Of a stretch of 64,000 bases of DNA, positions 42,303 to 51,767 are shown in pieces (position 1 is the first letter of the stretch; the number at the start of each line of letters is the position of its first letter). The notes under the pieces are model-generated. The model saw nothing but the letters and a program-made list of their open reading frames with translations. It did not search any database and had not been told where the DNA came from. Source of the stretch: Actinomycetes bacterium (GTDB taxonomy: Bacteria; Actinomycetota; Acidimicrobiia; Acidimicrobiales; RAAP-2); assembly GCA_021782915.1 (NCBI GenBank), contig JAJXUK010000003.1:18937-82936 (forward strand), in the 5' to 3' direction. Made by a program: the position numbers and the translations under genes.

Positions 42303-43502
42303 GTGACGCCGTGGCGGCGCGCGGCCCACGGCGCGGTGCTCGGCGGCGTGGCCAGCGGACTCGCCGTGCGCCTCGGGGTACGCACCTCGCTCGTGCGAAT
42401 GATCTGGCTCGTCTCGGTCCTGCTCGGCGGGCTCGGCCTCGTGGCCTACGTCGCGGGCTGGGTCTTCGTTCCCCGGCGCGCAGAGTCGCGCTGCATCGCC
42501 GCGAGGGTCTGGGCGGAGCCGCGCGAGCGCCACGCCAGCGCGGTGGCCGCGGCGGTGCTGGTCGTGCTGGTCCTCGCGGTGTCCGGCGTCACCCGTCCCC
42601 TCAGCGCCGGCGTGCTCTGGCCGATCCTGCCCAGCGCGCTCGGGGCGCTGCTCGTCTGGCGGGGAGCCTCCAGCGCCGAGCGCGAGCGCCTCGCGGGCTC
42701 CTGGTCCGCCCCCCTCGTGCGGGTGGGCCGGGACCGCTCGTGGCGCGCGACGGCCCTGCGCGTGGGGGTGGGCAGCGCCGGCGTCCTGGTCGGGCTGAAC
42801 GTGCTCGCGGGCGCGCGCACCTCGCCCACGCCGCTGTCCAACTTCCTCGGCGGGCTCGTGGTGACCGGGGCCGGCCTCCTCGTTCTCTTCACCCCGTGGT
42901 GGATCCAGACCGTGCGCGAGCTCAGTGAGGAGCGCCTGGCGCGCAGCCGCGCCCAGGCCCGGGCCGACGTGGCCGACCACCTGCACGACTCGGTCCTGCA
43001 GATGCTGGCCCTCATCCAGAAGGCCGCCGACGATCCGGCCGAGGTGCGCCGCCTGGCGCGCACGACCGAGCACGACCTTCGCGCCTGGCTCTTCGAGGAC
43101 CAGCACGCGCCGCGCGACAGCTTCGCCGCGCGCGTCGCGGACCTCTCGCGCGAGATCGAGCAGGACTACGCGGTGCGCGTGGAGCTCGTCACGGTCGGCG
43201 ACGCCGTGCTCGACGCCGGGCTCGAGGCCGTGCTCGGCGCGACGCGCGAGGCGGTCATCAACGCGGCCAAGTGGTCCGGCGCGCGCGACGTGCACGTCTA
43301 CGCCGAGGTCAGCGACGAGGTGAGCGTCTTCGTGCGCGACCGGGGCCGTGGCTTCGATCCAGAGGCGGTGGACCCGCAACGTCGGGGACTGGCCTTCTCG
43401 ATCCAGGAGCGGGTGGCGCGCGCCGGGGGCCGCACGAGCGTGCGCACCCGCATCGGCGAGGGAACCGAGGTCGAGATCGTGATGAAGCGAGCGCATCCGT
43501 GA
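42303..43502 (+). CDS. PspC-domain-containing sensor histidine kinase (HisKA_3/LiaS-like)
   Basis: 399 aa, GTG start. N-terminal PspC motif (AVLGGVASGLAVRLGV...VRMIWLV), H-box ADHLHDSVLQML, HATPase_c (VRDRGRGF...GEGTEV). Confidence 0.85.
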   Translation: MTPWRRAAHGAVLGGVASGLAVRLGVRTSLVRMIWLVSVLLGGLGLVAYVAGWVFVPRRAESRCIAARVWAEPRERHASAVAAAVLVVLVLAVSGVTRPLSAGVLWPILPSALGALLVWRGASSAERERLAGSWSAPLVRVGRDRSWRATALRVGVGSAGVLVGLNVLAGARTSPTPLSNFLGGLVVTGAGLLVLFTPWWIQTVRELSEERLARSRAQARADVADHLHDSVLQMLALIQKAADDPAEVRRLARTTEHDLRAWLFEDQHAPRDSFAARVADLSREIEQDYAVRVELVTVGDAVLDAGLEAVLGATREAVINAAKWSGARDVHVYAEVSDEVSVFVRDRGRGFDPEAVDPQRRGLAFSIQERVARAGGRTSVRTRIGEGTEVEIVMKRAHP

Positions 43503-44137
43503 AGCCGCGCGTCTTCCTGGTCGACGACCACGAGCTGATCCGCGCGGGCATCCGCACGGAGCTCAGCGACACGGTCGACGTGGTCGGCGAGGCCGACGAG
43601 GTTGACGCGGCCATCGCCATGATCCTCGAGCGCAGCCCGGACGTGGTCCTGCTGGACGTGCACCTGCCCGGAGGCGGTGGCCGTGCCGTCATCGAGGGCG
43701 TGCGTGCGCACAACGAGACCGTCGCCTTCCTGGCCCTGTCCGTCTCGGACGCGCCCGAGGACGTGATCTCTCTGATTCGCGCCGGTGCGCGCGGCTACGT
43801 GACCAAGACGATCGCCGCCAGCGACCTGGCCGAGGCCGTGGCGGCGGTGGCCGCGGGCGACGTGGTCTTCTCCCCGCGCCTGGCCGGCTTCGTCCTCGAC
43901 GCCTTCCGCGACCTACCCGCCGGGACCAGCGCGGACCCCGAGTTCGAGGCGCTCACCCCGCGCGAGCGCCAGGTGCTGCGCCTCATCGCGCGCGGCTTCA
44001 GCTACCGCGACGTCAGCGTCGAGCTCGGCGTCGCCGTCAAGACCGTGGAGAGCCACGTCTCGGCGGTGCTGCGCAAGCTCCAGCTCAGCAACCGGCACGA
44101 ACTCAGCCACTGGGCGCACGAGCGGCGCATCCTCTAG
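43499..44137 (+). CDS. NarL/LuxR-family response regulator
   Basis: 212 aa from GTG 43499 (GTGA overlap). VFLVDDHELIRAGI, VVLLDVHLPGG, and C-terminal LTPRERQVLRLIARGFSYRDVSVELGVAVKTVESH. Confidence 0.9.
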   Translation: MKPRVFLVDDHELIRAGIRTELSDTVDVVGEADEVDAAIAMILERSPDVVLLDVHLPGGGGRAVIEGVRAHNETVAFLALSVSDAPEDVISLIRAGARGYVTKTIAASDLAEAVAAVAAGDVVFSPRLAGFVLDAFRDLPAGTSADPEFEALTPRERQVLRLIARGFSYRDVSVELGVAVKTVESHVSAVLRKLQLSNRHELSHWAHERRIL

Positions 44138-44898
44138 TCGTCCTCGTCGAGTTCGATGACGACGTCGCCGTCGCGCTGGAGCATCCGCGGCGCTCGCCGG
44201 CGCGGCGAGCGCGACGCGGCGAAGGCGACCAGCTCGCCCAGGCTCGCGAAGCCGGCGATCTCCTGGAGCGTGCGGATCGTCGGGAAGATCATCTCGAAGT
44301 CGCCCGCCGCCTCGGCGGCTAGGGCCTCGGCGGGCACCATCCAGCGCGTCTCGACGACCTCGGCGTCGTCGTGCACGGCCAGCTGGTCCGGCGGGGCCGG
44401 GACCACGAAGAAGCGCGTGTCGTAGCGCCGGGGCGGGCCCACCGGCGTGACCCAGTGCGCGAGGTACTCCATGGCGCGCGCGTCCAGTCGCCAGTCGTAG
44501 GCGCGCAGCATCTCGGTCATGCTGCTGGCCCCGGCGTTGAGGGCCTCGCGCCAGACCACCAACTCCTCGCGAGCCTCGCCCAGCTCGAGCGCCGAACCGT
44601 CCCGGGCGACCACGAAGAGCAGGCCGGCCTCCTCGAATGTCTCGCGCAGCGCCGCCGCATAGTACGCGAGGCCCCCACGGTCCAGACCCAGACGAGCCGA
44701 GGCCTCCTGATCGCTGGGCCCGAGCACCCAGTCGCCCAGGCGCACGTCGGCCTCCTCGAGTCGCCCGCCGGGAAAGACGTAGGCGCCGCCCACGAAATCG
44801 CTGTTGAGGTTGCGCTTGAGCATCAGCACCTCGAGGCGCGGCACCTCGCGCACCACGAGCACCGTCGCCGCGGGCCGGGGCACCAGAACGTCGGCCAT
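44134..44898 (-). CDS. NUDIX hydrolase
   Basis: 254 aa. Nudix box [13 protein letters not shown]...[11 protein letters not shown]. Confidence 0.8.
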   Translation of the reverse strand: MADVLVPRPAATVLVVREVPRLEVLMLKRNLNSDFVGGAYVFPGGRLEEADVRLGDWVLGPSDQEASARLGLDRGGLAYYAAALRETFEEAGLLFVVARDGSALELGEAREELVVWREALNAGASSMTEMLRAYDWRLDARAMEYLAHWVTPVGPPRRYDTRFFVVPAPPDQLAVHDDAEVVETRWMVPAEALAAEAAGDFEMIFPTIRTLQEIAGFASLGELVAFAASRSPRRRAPRMLQRDGDVVIELDEDD

Positions 44899-44985
44899 AC
44901 TCCAACCTACCTAAGAGTTTGCCAACGCCCAACGGGCCTGACGGGAGCGTCCACTAAGTTTGAGGGGCTAGGAACAAGGAGAATC

Positions 44986-45921
44986 GTGGCCAAGACCGCC
45001 CCCGCACAGAAGCGTCCCGCCCGCCCGGCCCCCAAGGCCGCGGGCCGGCCCGCCGGCCTGTTCACCTGGATCGCGATCGGCCTGGTCGTCGTGGTCGTCG
45101 CCACCCTGGTCATCATCAAGGTCACCTCGAGCTCGAGCACCTCGGGCTCGAGCGTCTTCACGCCCTCGAGCGCGACGGTGGTCTCCGAGGTGACCAAGGT
45201 GCCGGCGAGCACGCTCGACCACGTCGGTGTCACCTCGAGCGTGGCGCCGGTCTCGGCGCCGGTGCCCCTCTCGGGCGCCCCCGCCCTCACCGGCACGAGC
45301 GCGACCGGCGCGAAGCTGCCCGAGGTGTTCTACCTGGGCGCCGAGTACTGCCCGTTCTGCGCCGCCGAGCGCTGGCCGCTCATCGTCGCGCTGAGCCGCT
45401 TCGGCAGCTTCAAGAACCTCGGGGACATGGAGAGCTCCACGCTTCCCGGCGAGGTCTACCAGGGCACGCCGACCTTCACCTTCGTCAAGTCGACCTACAC
45501 CTCGAAGTACCTGGTCTTCAAGAGCATCGAGCAGTACACCAACGTCTACGACCCCAGTGCCGGCTTCTACACCAAGCTCCAGAACCCGACGGGGACCGAG
45601 GCGGCGAACTTCCAGACCTACGACACGTCCAAGTACATCCCGGGCATGCAGGTCTCTCAGGACCACTCGATCCCGTACATCTCGATCGGCAACAAGTACT
45701 TGGTCTCGGGCTCGAGCTACACCCCGGCCACCCTCTCGGGCCAAAGCCGTGACCAGATCGCCGCGGGCCTGGCCAACGCGTCGAGCCCGGTGACGAGCGC
45801 CATCCTGGCCACGGCCAACTACCTGACCGCGGCGATGTGCACGCTCACGAAGAATCAGCCGAGCACCGTCTGCTCGAGCCCCGGCGTGGCCGCGGCGAAG
45901 AAGGCCATGGGCATCAAGTGA
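44986..45921 (+). CDS. DUF929-like membrane-anchored thioredoxin-fold protein (CPFC)
   Basis: 311 aa from GTG 44986 behind GGAACAAGGAG. Basic N-terminus, one TM ([20 protein letters not shown]), Ser-rich linker, and [27 protein letters not shown]. Confidence 0.7.
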   Translation: MAKTAPAQKRPARPAPKAAGRPAGLFTWIAIGLVVVVVATLVIIKVTSSSSTSGSSVFTPSSATVVSEVTKVPASTLDHVGVTSSVAPVSAPVPLSGAPALTGTSATGAKLPEVFYLGAEYCPFCAAERWPLIVALSRFGSFKNLGDMESSTLPGEVYQGTPTFTFVKSTYTSKYLVFKSIEQYTNVYDPSAGFYTKLQNPTGTEAANFQTYDTSKYIPGMQVSQDHSIPYISIGNKYLVSGSSYTPATLSGQSRDQIAAGLANASSPVTSAILATANYLTAAMCTLTKNQPSTVCSSPGVAAAKKAMGIK

Positions 45922-46406
45922 GCCGCGCGGTGGCGCCCGTCGCCCCCGGGGTGAGGATCGCGTCACTGCTGCTGTCCCTGGCCGGCCTGGGCGTGTCCAT
46001 CTACATGACCTGGGAGCACTTCCACGGCTCGCACTACCTGGGCTGCTCAGCCGGCGGGCTCGTCAACTGCTCCACGGTCACCACATCGGCCCAGTCCTAC
46101 GTCGCCGGCGTGCCGGTGGCGGTGCTGGGGCTGATCGGCTACGCGGTGCTGACCCTGCTCAACCTGCCCTGGGCGTGGTCGGCGCGCTCCTACGCCCTGC
46201 ACGCGGCGCGCGCCGCCCTGGTCACCGCCTCGATGGGCTTCGTCGTCTGGCTCATCGCCGCCGAGCTGCTGATCATCGACCACATCTGTCTGTGGTGCAC
46301 GAGCGTGCACGTGATCACCTTCGCGCTCTTCGTGCTGACCGCGCTCAGCGCGCCGGCTCAGCTGGGCCTCAGTGGCGCACCAGGACGCGACGCTCCATCT
46401 CGTTGA
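45918..46406 (+). CDS. vitamin K epoxide reductase (VKOR) family protein
   Basis: 162 aa from GTG 45918 (GTGA overlap). Four to five TMs, loop Cys pair (CSAGGLVNC) and CLWC redox motif. Confidence 0.8.
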   Translation: MSRAVAPVAPGVRIASLLLSLAGLGVSIYMTWEHFHGSHYLGCSAGGLVNCSTVTTSAQSYVAGVPVAVLGLIGYAVLTLLNLPWAWSARSYALHAARAALVTASMGFVVWLIAAELLIIDHICLWCTSVHVITFALFVLTALSAPAQLGLSGAPGRDAPSR

Positions 46407-46617
46407 GCCCACCCCAGATGCCGTGCGACTCGTGGCGCTCCAGCGCCGCGGCGAGACACTCCTCGCGCACCTCGCACCCCTGACAGATCCGCTTGGCGCG
46501 GTTCTCGCGCTCGAGGCGCTCCTCTTTACGCTCGCTGGACTCGGGCGCGAAGAACAGCGCTCCCTCGCTGGAGCGACACGCGGCCAAGTCCATCCAGACG
46601 CCACGAACGGCGGTCAT
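46369..46617 (-). CDS. WhiB-family Fe-S transcription factor
   Basis: 82 aa from ATG 46617. C-x29-C-x2-C-x5-C (AACRS...ICQGCEVREEC) then GIWGG turn. The 3' end overlaps the VKOR 3' end by 38 nt, convergent. Confidence 0.9.
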   Translation of the reverse strand: MTAVRGVWMDLAACRSSEGALFFAPESSERKEERLERENRAKRICQGCEVREECLAAALERHESHGIWGGLNEMERRVLVRH

Positions 46618-46733
46618 AGCCCTCCCCCCGGTTCGGCTGTGAGACTGCCAGTTAATCACCGCCCCCGGGGCCCTGGCAAGATGCGACTTTCTGCCCCCTC
46701 GGGTCAGCCCAGCCCCTCCGCTACGCTCGTGGG

Positions 46734-47156
46734 GTGGCTACCGTCCTGATCGCGAGCGACCTGTCCGCCCTGCGCCACGAGTTGAGGAGCATGCTCGAGG
46801 GCCCCGACCTGGTCATCGAGGAGGCCAAATCCGGGCCCGAGGTCCTCGACGTGGTGCGCGAGGGCGGCGTCGACCTGGCGGTGCTGGACCTGCAGATGGG
46901 CTCGATGGGCGCCATGGCGATCTGCCTGGAGATGCGCAACGAGGAGTCCTACGGCGCCGCCGAGGCGGTGCCCGTGCTGATGCTGCTGGACCGGCGCCCC
47001 GACGTCTTTCTCGCCAGGCGCAGCGGGGCCGAGGGCTTCCTCGTCAAGCCGCTCGAGCCGGTGCGGGTGCGCGCGGCCGTGCGCGCCCTGCTGGCCGGAG
47101 AGGCCTACGAGGACGACGCCCTGCGACCTGAGACGGTGCGCGCCGGCGCCCAGTGA
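46734..47156 (+). CDS. stand-alone receiver-domain response regulator
   Basis: 140 aa, GTG start. VLIASD, DLAVLDLQMG and FLVKPL, so phospho-acceptor Asp and Lys are present. Confidence 0.8.
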   Translation: MATVLIASDLSALRHELRSMLEGPDLVIEEAKSGPEVLDVVREGGVDLAVLDLQMGSMGAMAICLEMRNEESYGAAEAVPVLMLLDRRPDVFLARRSGAEGFLVKPLEPVRVRAAVRALLAGEAYEDDALRPETVRAGAQ

Positions 47157-47968
47157 GCGACAGCGCCCACCCGAGCCCCTCGCGGCGCTGGGGACGCCTG
47201 CGCCGGCACGAGGACGCCGAACCGGTCCCGCCCGAGGCCGAGGCGATCCACGCGCGCGTCGACCAGCTGAGCAAGCTCGAGCTGCGCGACGTGATGACCC
47301 CGCGCGTGGACGTCGCCTATCTGAGGTTCCCCGTCACGCCGGAGGCGGTCGCCGAGGCCGTGCGCGACACCGGGCACTCGTGCTTCCCGGTGGTGGCCGG
47401 TGACCTCGACGAGGTCTCCGGGGTGCTCTACGTCAACGACCTCTTCCGCTCCTCGACGACCAAGCGCGCCATCGGCGTGGCCCTGCCCGGCGAACGCGAG
47501 ATCGCCCGCAAGATCCGCCGTCCCCTCCTGCTGCCCGAGACCCTGGACCTGCTCGAGGCCCTCGCCGAGATGCGCGAGGAGCGCCGCAGCTTCGCCCTGG
47601 TGCTCGACGAGCACGGCGGAGTCGCGGGCGTGGTGTCGATCCGCGACGTCCTCGAGCAGCTCGTCGGCAACTGGTCCGATGAGTTCGATGAGGGCGACGA
47701 GATGCCGATCATGCGCATCCGGCCCGATCGCTGGCTGGTCGACGGACAGACCCACGTGGACAAGGTCGAAGAGGAGATCGGTCTCATGATCCCGGAGGGC
47801 GAGTACGTGACGATCGCCGGCTTCCTGCTCGACCTGGCCGGTGCCATCCCCGCCGAGGGCGACACCTTCGACTATGGCGACTGGACTCTCAAGGTCCAGT
47901 CGCTCGATCGACGGCGCATCAGCGAGGTGGTCGTCGAGCACCGTGCACACGAGGAACCCGGTGGCTGA
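47153..47968 (+). CDS. CBS-pair + CorC/HlyC C-terminal domain protein lacking the DUF21 membrane domain
   Basis: 271 aa, GTG start (GTGA overlap). RDVMTPRVDV, CBS pair, then C-terminal IRPDRWLVDGQTHVDKVEE...GFLLD...GDTFDYGDWTLKV. Confidence 0.8.
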   Translation: MSDSAHPSPSRRWGRLRRHEDAEPVPPEAEAIHARVDQLSKLELRDVMTPRVDVAYLRFPVTPEAVAEAVRDTGHSCFPVVAGDLDEVSGVLYVNDLFRSSTTKRAIGVALPGEREIARKIRRPLLLPETLDLLEALAEMREERRSFALVLDEHGGVAGVVSIRDVLEQLVGNWSDEFDEGDEMPIMRIRPDRWLVDGQTHVDKVEEEIGLMIPEGEYVTIAGFLLDLAGAIPAEGDTFDYGDWTLKVQSLDRRRISEVVVEHRAHEEPGG

Positions 47969-48016
47969 GGCCCCCGGCGGGCGAGTAGCATGGTCAGTCT
48001 GTGGGGCAACCCGCAT

Positions 48017-48094
48017 CGGGCTGTAGCGCAGTTTGGTTAGCGCGCTGCGTTCGGGACGCAGAGGTCCCCGGTTCAAATCCGGGCAGCCCGACCA
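48017..48094 (+). tRNA. tRNA-Pro (anticodon CGG), CCA encoded
   Basis: Hand-folded. Acceptor CGGGCTG/CAGCCCG, D-arm GCGC/GCGC, anticodon stem CTGCG/CGCAG with loop TTCGGGA, T-arm CCCGG-TTCAAAT-CCGGG, discriminator A, CCA. Confidence 0.9.
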
Positions 48095-48121
48095 ACCACG
48101 GTGCGCCGTGGCCGTTGTCCG

Positions 48122-48194
48122 GCCCCCATCGTCTAGCGGCCTAGGACACCACCCTTTCAAGGTGGCGGCACGGGTTCGAATCCCGTTGGGGGTG
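48122..48194 (+). tRNA. tRNA-Glu (anticodon UUC), no encoded CCA
   Basis: Hand-folded. Acceptor GCCCCCA/TGGGGGT (G1-U72), anticodon stem CCACC/GGTGG with loop CTTTCAA, T-arm ACGGG-TTCGAAT-CCCGT, discriminator G. Confidence 0.9.
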
Positions 48195-48278
48195 CTCTGT
48201 GGGCTGAACCCCGTTCGGGGGTCCAGGTCACTGTGTGATGTGTCGCGTCATCGTGGACACGTGAACCCCTGAATCTAG

Positions 48279-48500
48279 TCACTTGGCCCTCCGCACGGGC
48301 TGGTAACTCTGGGCGGGGTCGAGCGTGGCGGCGATCAGTCTGCAGGCGTTGGCGAGAACGCGCACGTGCTCGTCGACGACGTGCAGGAAGACCCTCTGGA
48401 CCTGGCAGGCGTGTCCAACGCTGACCCAGCACGGTCTGATCAGGTCGCGCAAGGTCGCGTGGCTGTGTCGAAGGTCCCGCTTGGTGCGACTGAGCCGTGG
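48279..48500 (-). pseudogene. relic of a tyrosine recombinase (integrase) C-terminus
   Basis: Minus frame reads KRDLRHSHATL-x11-GHA-x6-FLHV. It resembles box II HxLRHTHATL...LGHA...Y.HV, but with shortened spacers and Tyr replaced by Phe. No N-terminal or box I region is present. It lies 85 nt from the tRNA-Glu 3' end. Confidence 0.4.
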
Positions 48501-48869
48501 AGACGCGGGGAGGTGGGAACTGACTTCGTCGCGTTCCGTCTTCGCGTTGCGCGGCCTTCTCGTGGCACGCGCGACGCGACGGCGGCCCTGGGCCCTGGGA
48601 GGGGAGTTCGCCACGGGTGGGGATCGACATCATGTTCGACGTACGCGAGAGCGGGCACGTCGACTGCTACCTCGACTCCACCAGCGCGAAGGCGGTGCCA
48701 GCGCTCGGGCGGACTCTCGTGTCAACCCGCAGTCTCCCGGTGCAAGAGCACCGTGTGCCACAGCGGTGACTCATCTTCTGCGAGCGCGTCGCTGCGCCGT
48801 CGTGCCATGATTGGCACACGTGCCTCGACGGCGTCGCCATTGAGGCACGCACTTCCCGGAGGGCATGGC

Positions 48870-51440
48870 ATGGCGACTCCGCACCACCAGAGACGTCGAG
48901 CGATTCGGTGGCTCGTGACGTGGGGCGCGGCGGCGGCCCTTCTCGTCGACGTCGCCCCAGTCGCGCGGGGTTCAGTGACTCCCCTGCCGAATCCGTGCTC
49001 CATGCTGGCGTCCTCGCGCGCCGCAGTAATCGCTCTGAATCCACACACCACGTGGGGAGCGATCTCGGAGATCGCGACGCACTCTTCGGCTGTGCGCGAG
49101 TGTCAGCAACGAGGTGGATCTGTGGTGCTGCGTCTCGTTGTCGGAACGGGGTTGGGCGGGTACGGCGGATTCTCGGGTGCCCACGTGACTCACCCCACGG
49201 GTCTCGGGCCCCACGCCACGCTCATCGTCGCCCGCCTTCTTGGACCACGTGCGGGGCCCTACGACTTGATCTTCTTCGAGAAGGGCGCGCTCTGGATCTC
49301 GGTGTGGGCCGACGGATCCCCTCCCGGCGCTCTGACCTCCCTCGCCCGCGCGATCTATCGGTCACTTCCCGCAGCCTCCTCCCATCCACCGACGACCACG
49401 ACCAGCACGTCGCCCTCGGCGCCCACTGGCGTTACGTGGACGCCCATAGGCCCCACACACTTCGCGGACTTCTTGCAGACGACCTCGGGAGGAGTCGCTC
49501 CGTCCTCAGGTTTGGGTGCCGCCGGGAAGATCGGGGCGGTGGCGGTCGATCTCACGAATCCACTGCTCATGTACGTCGGGGCGGCCGGCGGCGACAATCG
49601 CGGACCGCTGAGTCAGGCAGGCGTGTACAAGACCGTCGATGGTGGCTCCACCTGGGTCCCCGTCGACAGCGGGCTAAGCAACACGCAGGTCAACGCGCTC
49701 TGGCTCAGCCCATCAAATTCTCAGACTCTGCTGGCGGCAACGGAGGGCGGCATATTTCGGACGACCGACGGCGGCGCGCGATGGCTGAGCGTCGATCAGA
49801 TCGAGTCGATCGGGTTCACCACCATGGGTTCAACGATCTATGCGGGAACCTCGAGTGGAGTCCAGACCTCCACTGATCAGGGTGCGACGTGGTCGGCGGT
49901 GGCGTCGATGTCGGGGCCCGTCTCGGCCCTCGCTGCGGCGGGTGACGTGCTCTACGTCGCGAATCAAGCAACACTTTCGAGTTGGACCACCACGAACGGC
50001 TTGAAAGTCATCTACCAGGCGCCACCCGGCCCGGGCGGTGCGCCCACCGACTGGATCTCCTGGGTGGTGGCCGCGCCCCAGGACCCGGCAACCGTGTACT
50101 TCGTGCACTGCCCCCAGCCCCCGGGACAGCCATTCTGCAATCGCGTCCTCACCAAGAGCAGCGACGGTGGGGCCACCTGGAGCACGGTGTCAGTGCCCAC
50201 GACCTACGTTCCCTCCCAATTCGACGCTCAAGCGATTGCGCTCGACTCAGTCAATCCCCAGATCCTGTACGTAGGTGGCAACTCCGTCCTATCGGTCTCA
50301 ACCGACGGCGGCAGCACCTTCAGCCAGGCGAACGTCAATCCCGACATCTGGTTCCTGCTTCCCTGGCCCTCGAAGACGGGAACGTTCTTCGCCGGCACTG
50401 ACCAAGGTCTCTACCTACTGAGTGACGGCGGCGCGACGTGGACGAGCCTGAATGGGAACTTGACCACGTCACTGCTCTACAACGTGACCGTCCAAGGCGC
50501 GACCATCTTCGCGGCCGCCCAGGACTTCAGTCCCTTCTCCAGCTTCGACGGCGGCGCGACGTGGTCGATGCAGGCGACCTCCACGGCAGCAAAAGGAGAG
50601 GAGGGGGAGGACTTGATCGATCCCGTGGCCCCGACGACCGTCTTCGTCATGGGTGCCTGCTGCGGGCTCCAGGCCTCCTTCGACGGCGGCCACGACTTCA
50701 CGCCGGTCTCATCGATACCCTCGTCCAGCTACAACCAGTCCCCGCAGGGCATCGCCGTGTCGAGCACGGGTGTCGTGTACGTCGCCACGGCGGTGGGCGT
50801 CTATGAGAGTACCGATGGCGGCCACACCTTCCAGCCCACGGACTGGCCCATGACACACCCGAGCATGATCGCGCTCGGCCCTTCGGGATCGGGAACGATC
50901 TACGTGGGAACGCGCGACACCCCGGGCAACGCCGGTGCGGCGAGCACCGGGATTCTCTACTACAGCACCGACAACGGCACGACGTGGCATCAGTCGAACC
51001 TCGGGGGCGCCACCGGCTATCCGACGTCGGTCGCAGTCGACCCCGCGAGCCCGGACGTGGTACTCGCGGGGATGTCGACGGGTCCGCAACTCGGTGGAGG
51101 GATCCTGCTCAGCTCCGACGGTGGGCAGAGTTTCGCACCGGCAAACAGTGGCGTCGCGTCGATCGCCCAATACGACGCGAGTGTCAAGTACCCCGCGATC
51201 TGGCAGATCTCGTACGAGCCGGCAACCGGCCTCGCGCTCGCCGCGACATCGAACGGACTTCTCGTCCTGACGTCACCCTCGTCGTCGTGGCACTCCGTTG
51301 CCGGAAACGCCGTGCCGCAGATGTTCACGGGCATCGCGTGGTCCAGTGGCGCCGTGTACGTGTCGACAATGGGTGAGGGTGTTCTGCGCGCACCCGTGAC
51401 CAACCTTGCCTCCTCGCTGCACGGCAACGCCAGAAGCTGA
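48870..51440 (+). CDS. exported Asp-box (BNR) repeat protein, probable tandem beta-propellers
   Basis: About 856 aa from ATG 48870 (MATPHHQRRRAIRWLVTWGAAAALLV, Tat/Sec-like); alternative ATG 48807. Unknown N-domain, PPTTTTSTSPSAP linker, then about 11 S/T-x-D-G-G-x-T/S-W/F boxes (VDGGSTW, TDGGARW, TDQGATW, SDGGATW, TDGGSTF, SDGGATW, FDGGATW, FDGGHDF, TDGGHTF, TDNGTTW, SDGGQSF). Confidence 0.75.
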   Translation: MATPHHQRRRAIRWLVTWGAAAALLVDVAPVARGSVTPLPNPCSMLASSRAAVIALNPHTTWGAISEIATHSSAVRECQQRGGSVVLRLVVGTGLGGYGGFSGAHVTHPTGLGPHATLIVARLLGPRAGPYDLIFFEKGALWISVWADGSPPGALTSLARAIYRSLPAASSHPPTTTTSTSPSAPTGVTWTPIGPTHFADFLQTTSGGVAPSSGLGAAGKIGAVAVDLTNPLLMYVGAAGGDNRGPLSQAGVYKTVDGGSTWVPVDSGLSNTQVNALWLSPSNSQTLLAATEGGIFRTTDGGARWLSVDQIESIGFTTMGSTIYAGTSSGVQTSTDQGATWSAVASMSGPVSALAAAGDVLYVANQATLSSWTTTNGLKVIYQAPPGPGGAPTDWISWVVAAPQDPATVYFVHCPQPPGQPFCNRVLTKSSDGGATWSTVSVPTTYVPSQFDAQAIALDSVNPQILYVGGNSVLSVSTDGGSTFSQANVNPDIWFLLPWPSKTGTFFAGTDQGLYLLSDGGATWTSLNGNLTTSLLYNVTVQGATIFAAAQDFSPFSSFDGGATWSMQATSTAAKGEEGEDLIDPVAPTTVFVMGACCGLQASFDGGHDFTPVSSIPSSSYNQSPQGIAVSSTGVVYVATAVGVYESTDGGHTFQPTDWPMTHPSMIALGPSGSGTIYVGTRDTPGNAGAASTGILYYSTDNGTTWHQSNLGGATGYPTSVAVDPASPDVVLAGMSTGPQLGGGILLSSDGGQSFAPANSGVASIAQYDASVKYPAIWQISYEPATGLALAATSNGLLVLTSPSSSWHSVAGNAVPQMFTGIAWSSGAVYVSTMGEGVLRAPVTNLASSLHGNARS

Positions 51441-51767
51441 GCCCGAGTCACAGCGCCGCCACATTCCCACCGTCGATGCTTTCTGGATGGCGCGAACATG
51501 GCGGCGACGCGCCCTGGCGCAGCGTGGGAGGCAGCCCCATTCGGTCACGCGTAGCGCTCGATGCTCTCAGTGCCCCCGACCACGATCACGGACACGAGCT
51601 GCACCTCGAGGGCCACTCGACGCGCGTCATCGAGAAGGACGGCCAGCAGGTCGAAGCGCCACCGCGCACAGTCGCCGGGTCGCCGGGCCTTCTCACGGAG
51701 GCCCACCCAGCGCAGACGGCGCACCGCGCCGGCGATCCCGTGCTTCAGCCCGCGTTGATCAGGATTT

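Noticed and set aside
48366-48869. N-terminal extension of the 1024-aa ORF for the Asp-box protein
   Set aside because: The extension has no signal peptide and overlaps the integrase relic on the other strand. A basic plus hydrophobic signal sequence begins at ATG 48870 (or 48807).
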